From: Vitrella brassicaformis CCMP3155
Lineage: Eukaryota > Protista > Chromerida
Reading direction: 5' to 3'
DNA: 64,000 bases
NCBI GenBank assembly: GCA_001179505.1
Contig: CDMY01000444.1
Location: 11,636-75,635, forward strand
This document shows positions 24,809 through 37,068 of this stretch, in pieces; position 1 is the first letter of the stretch, and every line of letters starts with the position of its first letter. The position numbers were made by a program, and so were the translations under genes. The notes under the pieces were generated by a model. It saw only the letters and a list, made by a program, of their open reading frames with translations. It did not search any database and was not told the origin of the DNA.

Positions 24809-25660
24809 GCATGTGTGTGTATTATTTGTCTCGTTGTTGATGTGGTGCGTGTGGGTGGGTGGGTGCGTGCGTGCAGTCAGGACAGTCGTGTGTGCGTGCC
24901 GTGCATGGGTCTGAATGTGGGTGCCTAAAGGAAGCGCCGGCAGGACGCGTGCATGCTCGCATACATACATACATACGTACATGGCATGGTGGAATGGGAG
25001 GGATCTCAGAGAGACTTCGTTCGTTCGTGTGTGCTGTGCTCTATGCGTTTAGGCGCGTGTGAGTAGGTTACAGAAGACAGACACAGCCAGCAGGCCGAAT
25101 CGGCCAGCCAGCCGGCCCTACCATGTGATGATGACTTTTGGCGTACATTTCTTGAGAATTTCGACTGATCGAACGGACTGGCTTTCGGTAGGTATGTGTT
25201 ACTTTTGGGTGGAGTTGACGACGTATGCGGACGTATGCGTGAGTGTGATGGATATGTGTTGCATTCGAATGGACGGACACACCTGAAGGGATGAACTCTG
25301 AGACACAAATGTATATGACGACAAACCCACACACAGCCCCGAATGCACGTGCACAAACACCGTGAGGATACTGTTTGCTCGTGTGGTCTTCATCTGTCTG
25401 TCTGACTGTCTGTCTGTCTGAGGAGGCGGCTGAGAAGGAGAGGCAGTCGAGCAGCAGTACGAGCAACGCCAGCAGCACGACCAGCAGCAGGCGGCCCCGA
25501 TAGAGGTATCATCAACTCGACTGCGCCCACCCCCCTCACTCCATCTGTCGTCTGTCGTGTCGATCAGGTGCCGCAGGAAGCAGTATGTCTACCTGTGGGA
25601 TGGGGCCCGTACGGAACTGCGCCCGCTCGTCACTGTGCAGAGAGGGACACAGACAGAGAC

Positions 25661-25691
<31 letters not shown>

Positions 25692-26404
25692 GGGGCAGCT
25701 CGAGTGTGGCGGCCGGCTGACTTGCTTGGTGTTTTTTGCGTGTGATGTGCCACACCTCCCCGGGCGAGCGCATTTGTACCAGTGTGCGGGGATTTCCGCA
25801 GGGTGACGTCAGGGGAGACTCAAGTTCGTGTCGAGATTTCTCTTGAGTCCGTTTTGCCAGCCTCTGTGCTCTCAATGTGTTCTGTATGCCAGTGGAAGTC
25901 ACATTTGTGCCCACTACGAAAAGGATTCCCCGTGCTCCCCGCACACACGCACACCTCGTCAGGTCAATGAATGATTCATTCATCACCGAAATGCAGCCGA
26001 GCACTATAGAGACATATCAAGAGAACAACGGATGTCGGGGGGTAAGCTCTCTAAGCTCAGCTCACTTAGGACATTCCGTGAAACCGCTCTCTCGCAATGG
26101 GAGAGAGAGCTCTCACCTCGGGAGAGCTACCACCAAGGACGAGGCGTACAGAGCAGAGCAGAGAAGCACTAGGTGAGTCGGTGGGCACGTCACTCTCGCA
26201 CCTCCTCGCCATTTTGATCACCATCTGGCAGATCAGCGTGTGCCACGGTCATTCATACCCGTCTGCACGTCAGGGCAGGCCACGGCAGCGAGGCACCACA
26301 GGACAGACAGAAAAGAGCCGAAAAACGGGGCGCCAATTCACTTGAGGGGTCGATCTCTCTGTGTGAGCAGGAGGAGCACCCACCCACACAAGACCACCCA
26401 GTGG

Positions 26405-26438
<34 letters not shown>

Positions 26439-26689
26439 CACCGGTAAGTATGACAAGCATGTGGCCACACTGGAGGGCTGGAGGCATTTTCTTGAGTAAT
26501 TGATCGCAATATAGTGGGGGAAGAGGAATGGCCGCTGGTGTGTGTCGGTACAGACAATGTTCAGCGGCCTGGCACTGTTGGGCATGACGCCCAACTGGGC
26601 CCTTACGATCCCCCATCGGGCGGGTGAGAGAAAGGGAGGGATGGAGGGAAGGAGCACACGGACAAGGGTGTCCGTGTGTGTGTGCGTGC

Positions 26690-28340
26690 GTGCAGCGGCC
26701 GAGAAGGAGAAGAAGGAGAAGGCGGCGAGGGAGGCGAGGGAGGAGGAGGAGAGGAAGGCCGGTGAGTCGTACGACCCACACGGACACACTCCACACACGA
26801 ATGTGACGAAATGCATTCGCACGCGTCGTACTTGCAGACCTGACCGCGATGCTCGACCGCATCCGGCAGCGTCGCGCCGAGGAGCGCAAGACAGGTGGGT
26901 CAGGGTGGCCGCATACACAGGCAGGTTGTTCTCTTTGTGATGGATGGATGGATGGTGTGCAGCGGAGAGACGGCGGGAAAGGGTGTGGCTGCGCCAGTTG
27001 AGGGAGAGGGGTACGTGAGATAATAACAAGACGCACCCTCTTCCCCACACACATGGTCTTGATTCTCTCTGCAGAGGCCATGCGCAAGAGAAGGGAGGAG
27101 CAGGAGCAGCGGCAGAGGGAGGAGCAACAACAATCGGCTAGAGAGAGGGGTACGTGAGAGAATGCCAAGACGCACCGTCTTTCCCCACACACTTGGGATT
27201 GATTCTCTCTGCAGAGGCCATGCAGCAGGAGGACATCAAGGTGCCTGGGCCCGAGGAGAAGCAGGAGCAGGAGCAGCAGCAGCAGCAGCAGTCAGCCAAG
27301 GACGGTATGTGCCAATCAAACGCCGCACGACACAGACTCATCTCTCCCTGCCTTTTGTGCATGATTCTGCAGCGGGCGACAAGAGCAAGAAGGAGGCCGA
27401 GGCGCGGAGGGTATGCGCATCAGCACACCCCACCAGCCAACCCACCCACATAACACGTGCCGATCCTGTTGTGTGATGCAGGCATCATGGGCCAGCACGG
27501 CCAGCACGGTTTGTGTACATCTGTGGAAGCATCACCAAAGTGCAGGACTGCTTGGTGGCTGTTACTACTTGGACGCATTCAGGACAAGAACGGACGAGTG
27601 TCGATGCGGGGTTCAACATTTTCGCTGTTGGGCAGCCAGGTATGCTACGTCCCCGACCTCCGACCACACCAATCATTCTGCCTGGCCGCATTTGTGCAGT
27701 TCTCGATGCCCCTCAACACGAGCACGCCCCCCATGGTGACGCAGGTGCGCATGCACCGGACATCACCACGCCTCTGTCTCGAGTGTGTACATGCGTTTGT
27801 GAGTGCGTGTGTGTGTGTGTTCAGGTGATGACAAAGGACGGCAAGATTGCCATCGTACCGGTGAGCACAAATCGCCTGAACACAAACCCAGACCAGACCA
27901 ATCAGACCACCCACACACCCGACACTTGGTATATGAGTGTGGCGATCTCCGTCAGGTGGTGTACGCACCGACGAGCGGCCCCCAGCGCATCGCAGCCCGG
28001 GCCCCCAGCCGACAAGCGTGCTGCCAGTGGTTGCCCGCGTGCATGCGCCCTGACACGACCGGCACACACACCACATCGGTAGGGAAATACGAGCACTCCC
28101 GAACGAACGTGTACATGTTGTATGCTTGGTGTGTGTGTGCGTGTGTGTGTGTGTGTGTATTGTATACTGCGAAAAAAGTCGTTTTGATCAACGGTGTTCG
28201 CAATCCAGCCGCTCAAGGCACCGCCGCGAATCAGGGGACCCTGGTTCTGAACACCCACATCGACCCCACCCACGCACCGACCCACCCATCCACCCAACCC
28301 GGTGTGTGGGTGTCGCCACGCTATGCTATGCTATGCTGAC
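26690..28340 (+). CDS. Family A hypothetical protein (E/R/Q coiled-coil exons plus a conserved RFVYICGSITK...VAVTTWT domain)
   Basis: Multi-exon. The core exon VYICGSITKVQDCLVAVTTWTHSGQ (~27510-27640) is paralogous to a minus-strand copy at ~32890-33065. Boundaries approximate. Confidence 0.55.
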
Positions 28341-31300
28341 GCGGCGGTGATTGGATGCATGGATGGATGGATGAGTGGTCGTGTGGATAAATGATACCTG
28401 ACGCCGCTTCTCGTACGATCGTGTCGATCGAGTGGTTGGTCTGGGTGGGGGGCCGATGCGTGTGTGTGTGTGTGTGACACGTATAGGTGGGAAGGAGAGA
28501 GAGAGAGAGAGAGAGAGATGAGATGGCACACCTCTGTTTGCTTCGGTGTGCTGACTGTCTGATACTCGATGGTGACCTCACAAAGTGAGTGTTGATCATC
28601 GCTCTCTATGTCTGCGGTCGCCGTCGAGCGGCTGACTGACAGACAGATAGACAGACAGACAGACGCACGTCCCATGCACACAAAGGAAAGAAAGACTGCC
28701 GACTGCTGCTGGTGGGGTATGTGACTTGGATGGACTCCCTCCCTCTCTGTCTCTCTGGTGTGTTGTACTGTGTATGACCCTTATCATCTTGTGCTGTATT
28801 GGTGCGAGTAGCGCTGTTGCCTGGCCTGGATGTCAATCTGTGTGAGGGTGGGAGAGCGAGAGATTTTTCTGTTTCGCCAGCTGTGATCTGTATACTATCT
28901 GTATGGCATTGTGTGTGGTTCTTCTGTGTGTGTCTGCCTCTCTCTCCCCTTGTGTGTGCATCTCATCAGTCACCTCGCAACGCTAGAGCATCAGCCACAT
29001 GGTGTTGGTGCTTTGGGGTTGCCGGGCGATGACAGAGATGCGCGCAGAGGGAAATGAACACACACGCGACTGCTCACCCATCCCACCAATTGAGGCAGCG
29101 GATGTGTCCTTTTGCCGTCCGTCCGTGTGACATGATTGTTCACCCGCACAGACAGACCGACGCGCATTTTGCCCATATGGCCCACCGCCCCCCCAGGTTT
29201 GCTGATGGACACCCCGATGTGAGTATGCAATTGGGGTGCCGGTGTGTCTGTCAGTGTGGGACACTCATGTGGGAGGCCACATAAAGACACACAGAGGGAC
29301 GTTTGTATGTGAGTCGGCATTTTGTGCGCCCCTCTCTGCCGACGAGCGGGTGGCTGTCTGGCGCATTGTTATGTTTGTGTGGGAAGGCCGATTTGCTATG
29401 TCAATGTGGGAAGAGAGAGAGAGAGGTCTATTTGCTTTTCTTTTGGTGTGTATCGTGTGTCGGTGTGCTGACTGCGAGATCCTCTGCGGTCACCCTACAC
29501 ATTGAGATGCTCGACCCCACCCCCAGACAGACAGACTGTCGTCGTGCGTGTACACACACACACGCACACCGATCTGTCCCTTTGTCCGTTCGCCTGACTG
29601 AATGTTGTTCGTGTTTTCCTTGTTTTCCTGCGTGCGTCCATCCCCCTATGTGGGCATCTTGAGCATCGCGGCAACCATAGAGTATCAGCCCACGTGTGGT
29701 GTTGGTGCTTTGGGGTTGCCGTGTGGCGACAGAGATGCTCACAGAGGAAAATAGACAGACACATACGACTGCAAACGGCTGCTTACCCATCCCCCCAACT
29801 TGCTGTCTGTCTGTATCCGCACACACACATGGATGGATGGATGCGTCGGTGTCTGCACTGTTTGCTCTTAGGGGTCTGCGCATCTGTCTCTTTTCCGTCA
29901 GTCTCTCGTTGACTCGTCCGTGTGATGGACAACGCGTACGCGGCTGACGACGAAAAGGGCAGCGGTTTCTTGACAGCTGACCAACGTACGAGTGTCCTCG
30001 GATGAGTCCATGGATGGCACATAAGTGTGGGTGTGTGCATGATGTGGCCATAGTCATGCGTGTGAGTGCCTTGGAGTTTCAAGCCAAATTGAAGAAGACA
30101 TGCATGCATGGTTGGTCCAGGGCACCACACAATATAAAATGCAGACAGCGATGTATGTTATTTGACTGCATCGAAACGCCATTAAAATCGACCCACACCT
30201 AATAGCGCGAGCTGGTGCATCCATCCCATCGCATCCATCCCATCCGTCCCACATCCGCGCGACACCAAATGAGCGACTAAAGACACAGCACAACCCATCG
30301 AGCGGTGCAGCGGAGAGCTGTGCATACACAGTGCCAACATACATATCAATACCAAGCTAGCTGTGAGCCTGCCTGGTCGTGTGCTGCCTTGCTTGATATC
30401 AATTGGTGTGTGCATGATGTGACTACAGGCAGGCGTAGACGGACAGGGGGAAAACGAGTGTTTGTCTTTCACACGACACACAGGGCAGTCGTCGACATGG
30501 ATGCACAGCCAAGCCAAGCGTCGGTCACAATCCACTCGCCATGCAGACCAACCAGCAGCCAGCAGTTGTCTTATCCCACGCCCTCCCCACTCCGTCCCTC
30601 TTGAAACGCACACCAAGTCAAGTCAGCATGCGCCTCCCCTCCCGTCACACACATGCAGCCTCTCTTGTGTGCATGATGATCCTACTTAGTAGAGATGTCA
30701 CGCAATAGTAGAGATGAGACATGTAGGAAAGACGCAGGCAGGGAGGCAGGCAGCAGGCAGATGGAAGGAAAAAAATGGAACGCCATACTTCGCGTCCGCC
30801 GAGACGTGCACTTAAAGCAGTTCGTGCGGAACCCACCCGGCCCGACAGGCGTACGTGTGTGTCTCTCTCTGTTCTCCAAGCTATCATCCAAACCAACACC
30901 AAGCTACCAGCCTAGCAGGAGGCAGTGGGGGAGCGAGGATGAAGCAGCATTTATATGCATCCTCACAAGCACACAGCAGGTACACTCAAGACGTCATAAG
31001 AGAGAGAGGGGGGGAGGGGAAGGTAGACAGTGTGTGCGTATGTCATGAGTAGGACCGAAAGAGATCCCGTGTTCTCTCTGTTCTCCAAGCCACCATCAAA
31101 ACCAACCCATCACACCGTTATTTAGCGGACAGACAAGTGCCAATCCAGACATCCAGCACACATCCAACCAACTCGGTGTCATGGAACTAGACGCCACCCT
31201 GTCACGAACACACATGGCTAAATATGAGTGCTCGGCAGTGCCTGAGGCTAAGAAAATGAGCGAACACCCATCCTCTCAACCATCAAAATGACTGAAGAGA

Positions 31301-32150
31301 ATCCACTTGTCTGTCTGTCTGTCTGTCTCTCTATCTCCCTTAAAACAGGCTCACTTAAGTGACAGTCTGGCTATTGCCCTTTATATGCGTACGCATACGC
31401 ACGCACAGCGCCCCTCCCTGTATTCGCCAGAAAGCATTGCCATCTTCATTGCTCTCTCTTACTGTGATGACAGAAAGATGCCATCCACCCGCCCATCCAC
31501 CCGCTCTCCCGCCTCTCTAGGCCATCAAAAAGACCCCTCTCGCCCCTCCCGTCGCCCCCCCTCCTCTCTCGCGACGGACATACACATACGGACGGCATGC
31601 ATGAATGACGACAGACAGACAGACCGACAGATGGATAGAGACTGTGGGTGGGATGTGGGTGTGTTCTCTACTGTGCCTGTCTTCGCCGCTGGCCGACCAC
31701 CGAGTGGAATGCACTGACACACAGGTACGACCAAGCTGCCCCATTTTTGGCTGGACGAAACGCTGGGTGCACTCTCAGTCCACACCACACACGGGGCTGC
31801 CGTCGCTACTATCTGGGTCTGTGCTGGCTGCCCTTCTTCATGTGTTTTCGTGCAATGGACAAGACACGATAACAACTGGCGAAAACAGAAAAGTCTCTCT
31901 CTCTTTTTCCCACTCTCACACACATTGACAGCCAGGCCAGGCAACAGCGCCCACTGCGCACCCAGCAGATCGAAGAAGATGGTGAGTGTCACACACAGTA
32001 CATCACACCAGACAGACAGACAGACCACTATCACACACGGCACTTCCAGCTATCACGGCCCCTCCCTCACCCTCCCAGTTAAAACGCACACCAAGTCAGC
32101 ATGATGCGCCAGTTTATCCATCTGTGCGCTCTTTCACAGCGAATCGAATG
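28340..32150. repeat. Non-coding mosaic of direct and inverted repeats between the family A copies
   Basis: 28790-28890 is the reverse complement of ~31860-31970. 28985-29100 resembles 29690-29810; 30858-30900 resembles 31068-31110; 30600-30630 resembles 32080-32105. Confidence 0.7.
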
Positions 32151-32379
32151 AAATAGAGGCCACAGGATATAAAATGTAGACGGCGATTTTCCTCTGAATG
32201 GCAACACAGAATGGCAACACAGACGGGAAGACGGAATGCACAGACGGAGGGAGACATGGAATGCACTCACTCGTACATACCTGCCTCACGTCTCTGCTGC
32301 TCGGCAACTCGACTGTCGCACATCACACACATAACAAAATAGCGTCTGTGTGTGTGGGTGATGAAGGAGAGGGAGTACC

Positions 32380-33480
32380 TGGTCATCGTGACGTTGGGTC
32401 AGCCCGAAAGATACGTGAGAGACGGCGGGACGGCTCCTTGTCGATCGACGTGAGAGACTCACGCATGCACGGGAACAAGCAGCAACTTGAATACGGCGCC
32501 TTGGCCGTGGGGTGGGGGCCGCTCGTCACTGTGTAGGCCACCTGACGAAGGTCGCCACACATACCAGGTGTCGCGTGTGTGGGTGGTCTGGTTGGTCTGG
32601 TCTGTGTTTGTATTCAGGCGGTGTCTGCTCACCACCGGGGTAACCTTGCGGTCCTTCGTCACCTAGAGAAAGAGAGAAAGAAAGGAAGGAAGGAAGGAAG
32701 AACACTCGAGACAGAGGCATGGCAATGTCCGGCGCATATACACGTGCATCAGCGTGTGTACCTGCATTCGCATCACCATGGGGGGCTGGCTTGTGTTGAG
32801 CGTCGAAAACTGCACAAATGTAGACAGGCAGAATGATTGGTGTAGCACCGAAAACTGCACAAATGCGGCCAGGCAGAATGGCGTTGGGCGTAGCGTACCT
32901 GGCTCTCCAGTAGCGAGAAGGTGGATCCATGGTGAACGAAGGAATTGCGGCCGAATTTGTCCTGAATACGTCCAAGTAGTAACAGCCACAAAGCAGTCCT
33001 GTGTTGTGGTGATGCTTCCACAGATGTACACACACCGTGATGGCGGTGCTCTCCCAAGATGCCTGCATCACACAACAGGATCGGCACGTGTGTTATGGTT
33101 GCGTAGGCGGGCGGGGTGTGCCAATGTGTATACCCGTCGTGCTTCTGCCTCCTTCTTCTTCTCGTCGCCGGCTGCAGTGTTATAAACACACACAGAGAGA
33201 TGAGTCTGTGTCGTGCCGCGTTTGCTTGTAAGCATATACCCTCTCTGGCCATGCGCTGCTGCTGCTGCTCCTGCTCCTCCCTCTGCCGCTGCTCCTGCTC
33301 CTCCCTCTGCCGCTGGTCCTCCTCCTCCTTCTCTCTCCTCTCTCTCTCCATGTCCTCCGCGCGCCTGGCCTCTGCAGAGAGAATCAAGACCATGTGTGTG
33401 GGAAAGAGGGTGCGTCCGTCTTGTTATTCTCTCACGTACCCCTCTCCTCCATCTACCGCAGCCACAGCAAAGCGCTGATC
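32380..33480 (-). CDS. Family A inverted paralog
   Basis: Exons and introns are the reverse complement of 27000-28000 (VYICGSITTTQDCFVAVTTWTYSGQ; GDLRQV.Y...SGP). Confidence 0.55.
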
Positions 33481-33869
33481 GATCGTGTGAGCATACACAT
33501 GGAGAGCACACACACGTGGAGGGCTGCAACCAGCATGCGAATGCACACACCCGCGTATGTGTATACGATGCCAGCTGTGTGCATGGTCGTGTGCTGGCCT
33601 GCTTAAATGAGTGTGTTACCATACGCACGCACTGAAAAGCAGGTGCCGAGGGCGCGGGTCGAATGAAATACGAGCCACAGGATATAAAAAGTAGACGGCG
33701 ATTTTCCTCTGTGGCCTTCTTGGGATGAATGACTTCATACTGGGAGGCCTTGGTGGTGCCTGCCTCCGTCTTGGCGATGGTGCTGGCGCGGAGGCTCATC
33801 GTGTGGCTCCGCTGCGTGTCATCGGCGGCCTGAACGAAGAAACGAACACAACACGACGGCATGCACGGA

Positions 33870-35200
33870 AACATGACGGAAGTCGTGCTTGATGGTGTCG
33901 TACCACTGCGCGTAGGTGGTCATCTTGGGCAGGGGTGTGTGAATGGTGTCATGATATGAACGGGGGCAGAAGGCATTCACATCTACGCGCCCTGCACACA
34001 CAAACAGGGCGAGAGATGGATGGATGCATGGACATACATGTCCGTGTATGTGTGTGTCTGTGTGACCTCGGTGGAATTGGTGCGGCTGGCAGATGTGATG
34101 GCGTCCTCGTGTCTGCCGCCCCCACCCTATCGAAGCACACACCCACACCCACACCCACACCACATTTCCAAGTGCCCCTTGCCTGTCTCGTTCTCCTCAC
34201 CCCTGATGTGAGATAATAATACAGGACGCCCGCAAGGACCGACAGGCCGCCCATGCCCATCAGTGGTCCCCCATACCCCCACCGTCTGTTGTTGTTGGCC
34301 GCGCTCACTCCTCCGTCAGCTGGCCCGTCTTGGCTCCCCGCCATTTGGTAGCTGGCGAAACAGCACACAGATCCGTTTTTCGTTTCTCGTCTCTTCCTTA
34401 GTACCGCTGGCCGGTCGGACACAGCGTGGAGCAGGTGACGCAGAGCCGGCGCAACGTGACGGTGAAACCGCGGCACAGCTTGCAGGCCTTGTCGAGCCAG
34501 GGGCAGTGCTGCTCGAAGGCGTTCTCGTCCTCTGCGCACAGATCGAGAGGCAGTGATGACATTGACGCATGTTGTGTGTATCCTGTGCCCTCACCCACCT
34601 CGCTCGCCTCTGGCGTCCTCGTCTTCTCGTTGGAGCTCCAGGTCGGCAGGCTGTCCTCCTGCCGCCGCTTCATCACCTTCACCTGCAAAACAGACATCTG
34701 CCCGTACGCACCATCCGCTCGTTTTTCGCACCGCCCAGCTTGAAGGTGATCACATCGCCTTTCTTGAACGCCTCGTTGAGTTGTTGGCCGCCCTGCACAC
34801 CGGGGTGGCTGCCAGTGCAAGCACACACCGAGCAGATGAGGGGTATTCGCAGCGTTCCAGTGCTCGTGACTGACCTTGTGGAGATGATCTCGGCGTTCTC
34901 CAGCAGGAGGTGGGTGCATCGTCGACACGCCCCGTACTGTAATCCAGTAGTAGCCGTCCTTGTCTTGCACACACCCGTCGCCCGTGAAGTAGTAGCCCGG
35001 GTCTAGGGGCGCGGGTACACGTTGAGCAGGCGCTCGTGGTCGCCATACACCGTCCGAAGAGCTGGCGGAGGATGGTGTCGACGGTGGTGGCAAACCAAAA
35101 AGGACGGCAGGCTGGGCAGCGCAAGAACACAGATAAAGAATACGGGGAAGCTCCTTCACCTCTAAAAATTAAACGGCCGTCTCCGTCGCGAGTTCTCGAC
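33870..35200 (-). pseudogene. Family B paralog carrying an acetyl-CoA synthetase fragment
   Basis: Reverse-complement paralog of 37069-38600. Same exons: CKLCRGFTVTLRRLCVTC, GGLSVLAGVLYYYLT, FCPRS...TTYAQWYDTIK. Confidence 0.6.
34915..35056 (-). pseudogene. Captured acetyl-CoA synthetase (ACS) fragment, frameshifted
   Basis: RTVYGDHERLLNVYPRP* then frameshift, PGYYFTGDGCVQDKDGYYWIT, frameshift, GRVDD. This matches the ACS motif RTVYGDHERF...PGYYFTGDG..RDxDGYYWITGRVDD. Confidence 0.85.
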
Positions 35201-36339
35201 CGACCGTTTTAACGACACAGCGTACAGTGGTTGCGCAGACGTCGGCTTCTGCGGACGAACAAATCCTGGTCATCATGATTAGACTGGCCAGCACTCTCAT
35301 TGCCGCTGCGGACGCGCTACTCGCGAGCCTTTCCAAGGTTCATCATGCCAGCGTGTCACTGCACTTCTACGGTCGAGTGCTTATTGCCATGGTCGTATCG
35401 GCCCTTCTGCCGCCCTATCTGCTGCTCGGCACTGATCCTGTGACTGTGTTTCTCGGCCATGGGGCGTTTGCGGAGCCATCGAATGTCGCAGTGCGTCTGG
35501 CGGGCGGAGGGAGAAACAGGACCACAAACCATGCAGACTCTCTGTGTGAGTGTGTGTGTATGGTAACACACACTCATTGAAGCAGGCCAGCACACGACCA
35601 TGACACAGCTGGCATCGTATGCACATGCGCGGGTGTGTGCATTCGCATGCTGGTTGCCCTTTTTTTTGTGGCTGTCGGATGGATGCCACATGCGTGGGTG
35701 TGTGCATGATGTGGCCACAGACGGATCTGTGTGTGTCGAGTCGACAATATACAAGGAAGAGCAATTCCGGCTTACAACGGCAGCGATGGCTGTCTCCACC
35801 ATCGGCAGGCGACTCTCACCGACAGACCCCTGCACACAACCACAAACCACACACATACAAACCGAGGAGGGAGTGAGCAATGACACATCAGGTATGCTCA
35901 GTCAGCCATTTGTCGACCCACTGACTGACCTTGGCAGCCAGATATCTGATCGAGTCGCCCATCTGCACACACCGCACGCACAACACACACGTCACACCCG
36001 TTATCCATCTCCCTGTCTGCCTACATGTCCTCTCGTCTGTGTCTGCAGCCATGCCCTCTCGTCTGTGTCCTCTCTGCTTGTTTGCTGCTCAGTGGAGTGG
36101 GTTGGGTGCATCCTCGCAGTACCACACTAAGGAATGGATTGGATTCGTCTAAGGAAGGGGTGAGTGTGCACCATATGCAGTTCATAACCAATCCACGTAC
36201 AACACAGAAAACGCTCATGTTAGTCTACGTGTCAACATACCACAGCGCGATAAACACGCTCACGCAGTCACTTATATACACACGACGACACACGTCAAGT
36301 ACGTGAGCAGGTGGAGTGAGGTCGGGTTAGCAAGCAAAG

Positions 36340-37005
36340 TCAACGAGAAAGTCAGTCATCAGTCTTGAACAAACAACGCCGCCGCCCTCGGCTCTTTCGC
36401 CTCCTGCCGCCGCTTCCACTTCTGCTCAGTAGTCGTCCCGAGGACTGCACATGATGAAAACTGCACATGGTGAAAAGCGACACAGAGTGATGTCTATTTG
36501 ATTCCTATCTGGATCACTCCTTCACGCACCTGTGACATCTGGAGGAGGAGCAAGCGGGCCTGAACCACACAAAACGCAAATCATGGTAAGCGATGGAGGG
36601 AGTGCTGGGCCTGCAGAATACTGCCTACCTCGTCGCTCTTTGGACCCTCTTTGTCTCATGACGATTGGCTGCTCCTTGGTGGTTCCGATTTCTCCGAGGA
36701 ACTCCTCGATGGTCTTGAGTTCTACACGGCTCACCGGCGCGTCCAAAGAACTCAATCTCACTCGTGCTCTTGTAGAGATGCTGCACGCGCACGGCGGACG
36801 AAGACGGTGTCTGTAAGGGCTGTGTATTGGGTGACTCCCCCTTCCCTCCTCCTTCCTTACCGAGTACCAGCGAAGCAGACGCCTCCTGAGGTCACCGACT
36901 GTGTTGGGCTTCTCCCGCAGCACAAGGTTAAAGGAACGCCACGGATAGACGTTGGACCACCGAAACCACACGGAGTACCCGTCGGGATCTCTGTGCGTCA
37001 TGCTT
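36340..37005 (-). CDS. Small hypothetical gene, head-to-head with the family B plus copy
   Basis: Exon-like stretches MTHRDPDGYSVWFRWSNVYPWRSFNLVLREKPNTVGDLRRRL and VELKTIEEFLGEIGTTKEQPIVMR. A ubiquitin-like fold is possible but unconfirmed. Confidence 0.35.
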
Positions 37006-37068
37006 CTCCTTCTCCTTTCCCGCGAGCTTTTTGTGGCGAGCTCGAGACGGAGCGCAGATCTTCCAGAG

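Larger units (their letters stand above)
33526..35657. repeat. ~100-bp imperfect inverted repeats (33526-33626 / 35556-35657) enclosing the family B minus copy
   Basis: GCAACCAGCATGCGAATGCACAC...GGTCGTGTGCTGGCCTGCTT.AATGAGTGTG at left; its reverse complement at right. Confidence 0.75.

Noticed and set aside
25400-25650. Short minus-strand Leu-rich or Cys-rich exon-like stretch
   Set aside because: The reading frame is ambiguous and I could not link it to a start or to neighbouring exons.
34398-35159. A real acetyl-CoA synthetase gene
   Set aside because: Only ~140 bp matches ACS, with two frameshifts and a stop; the flanks belong to family B.
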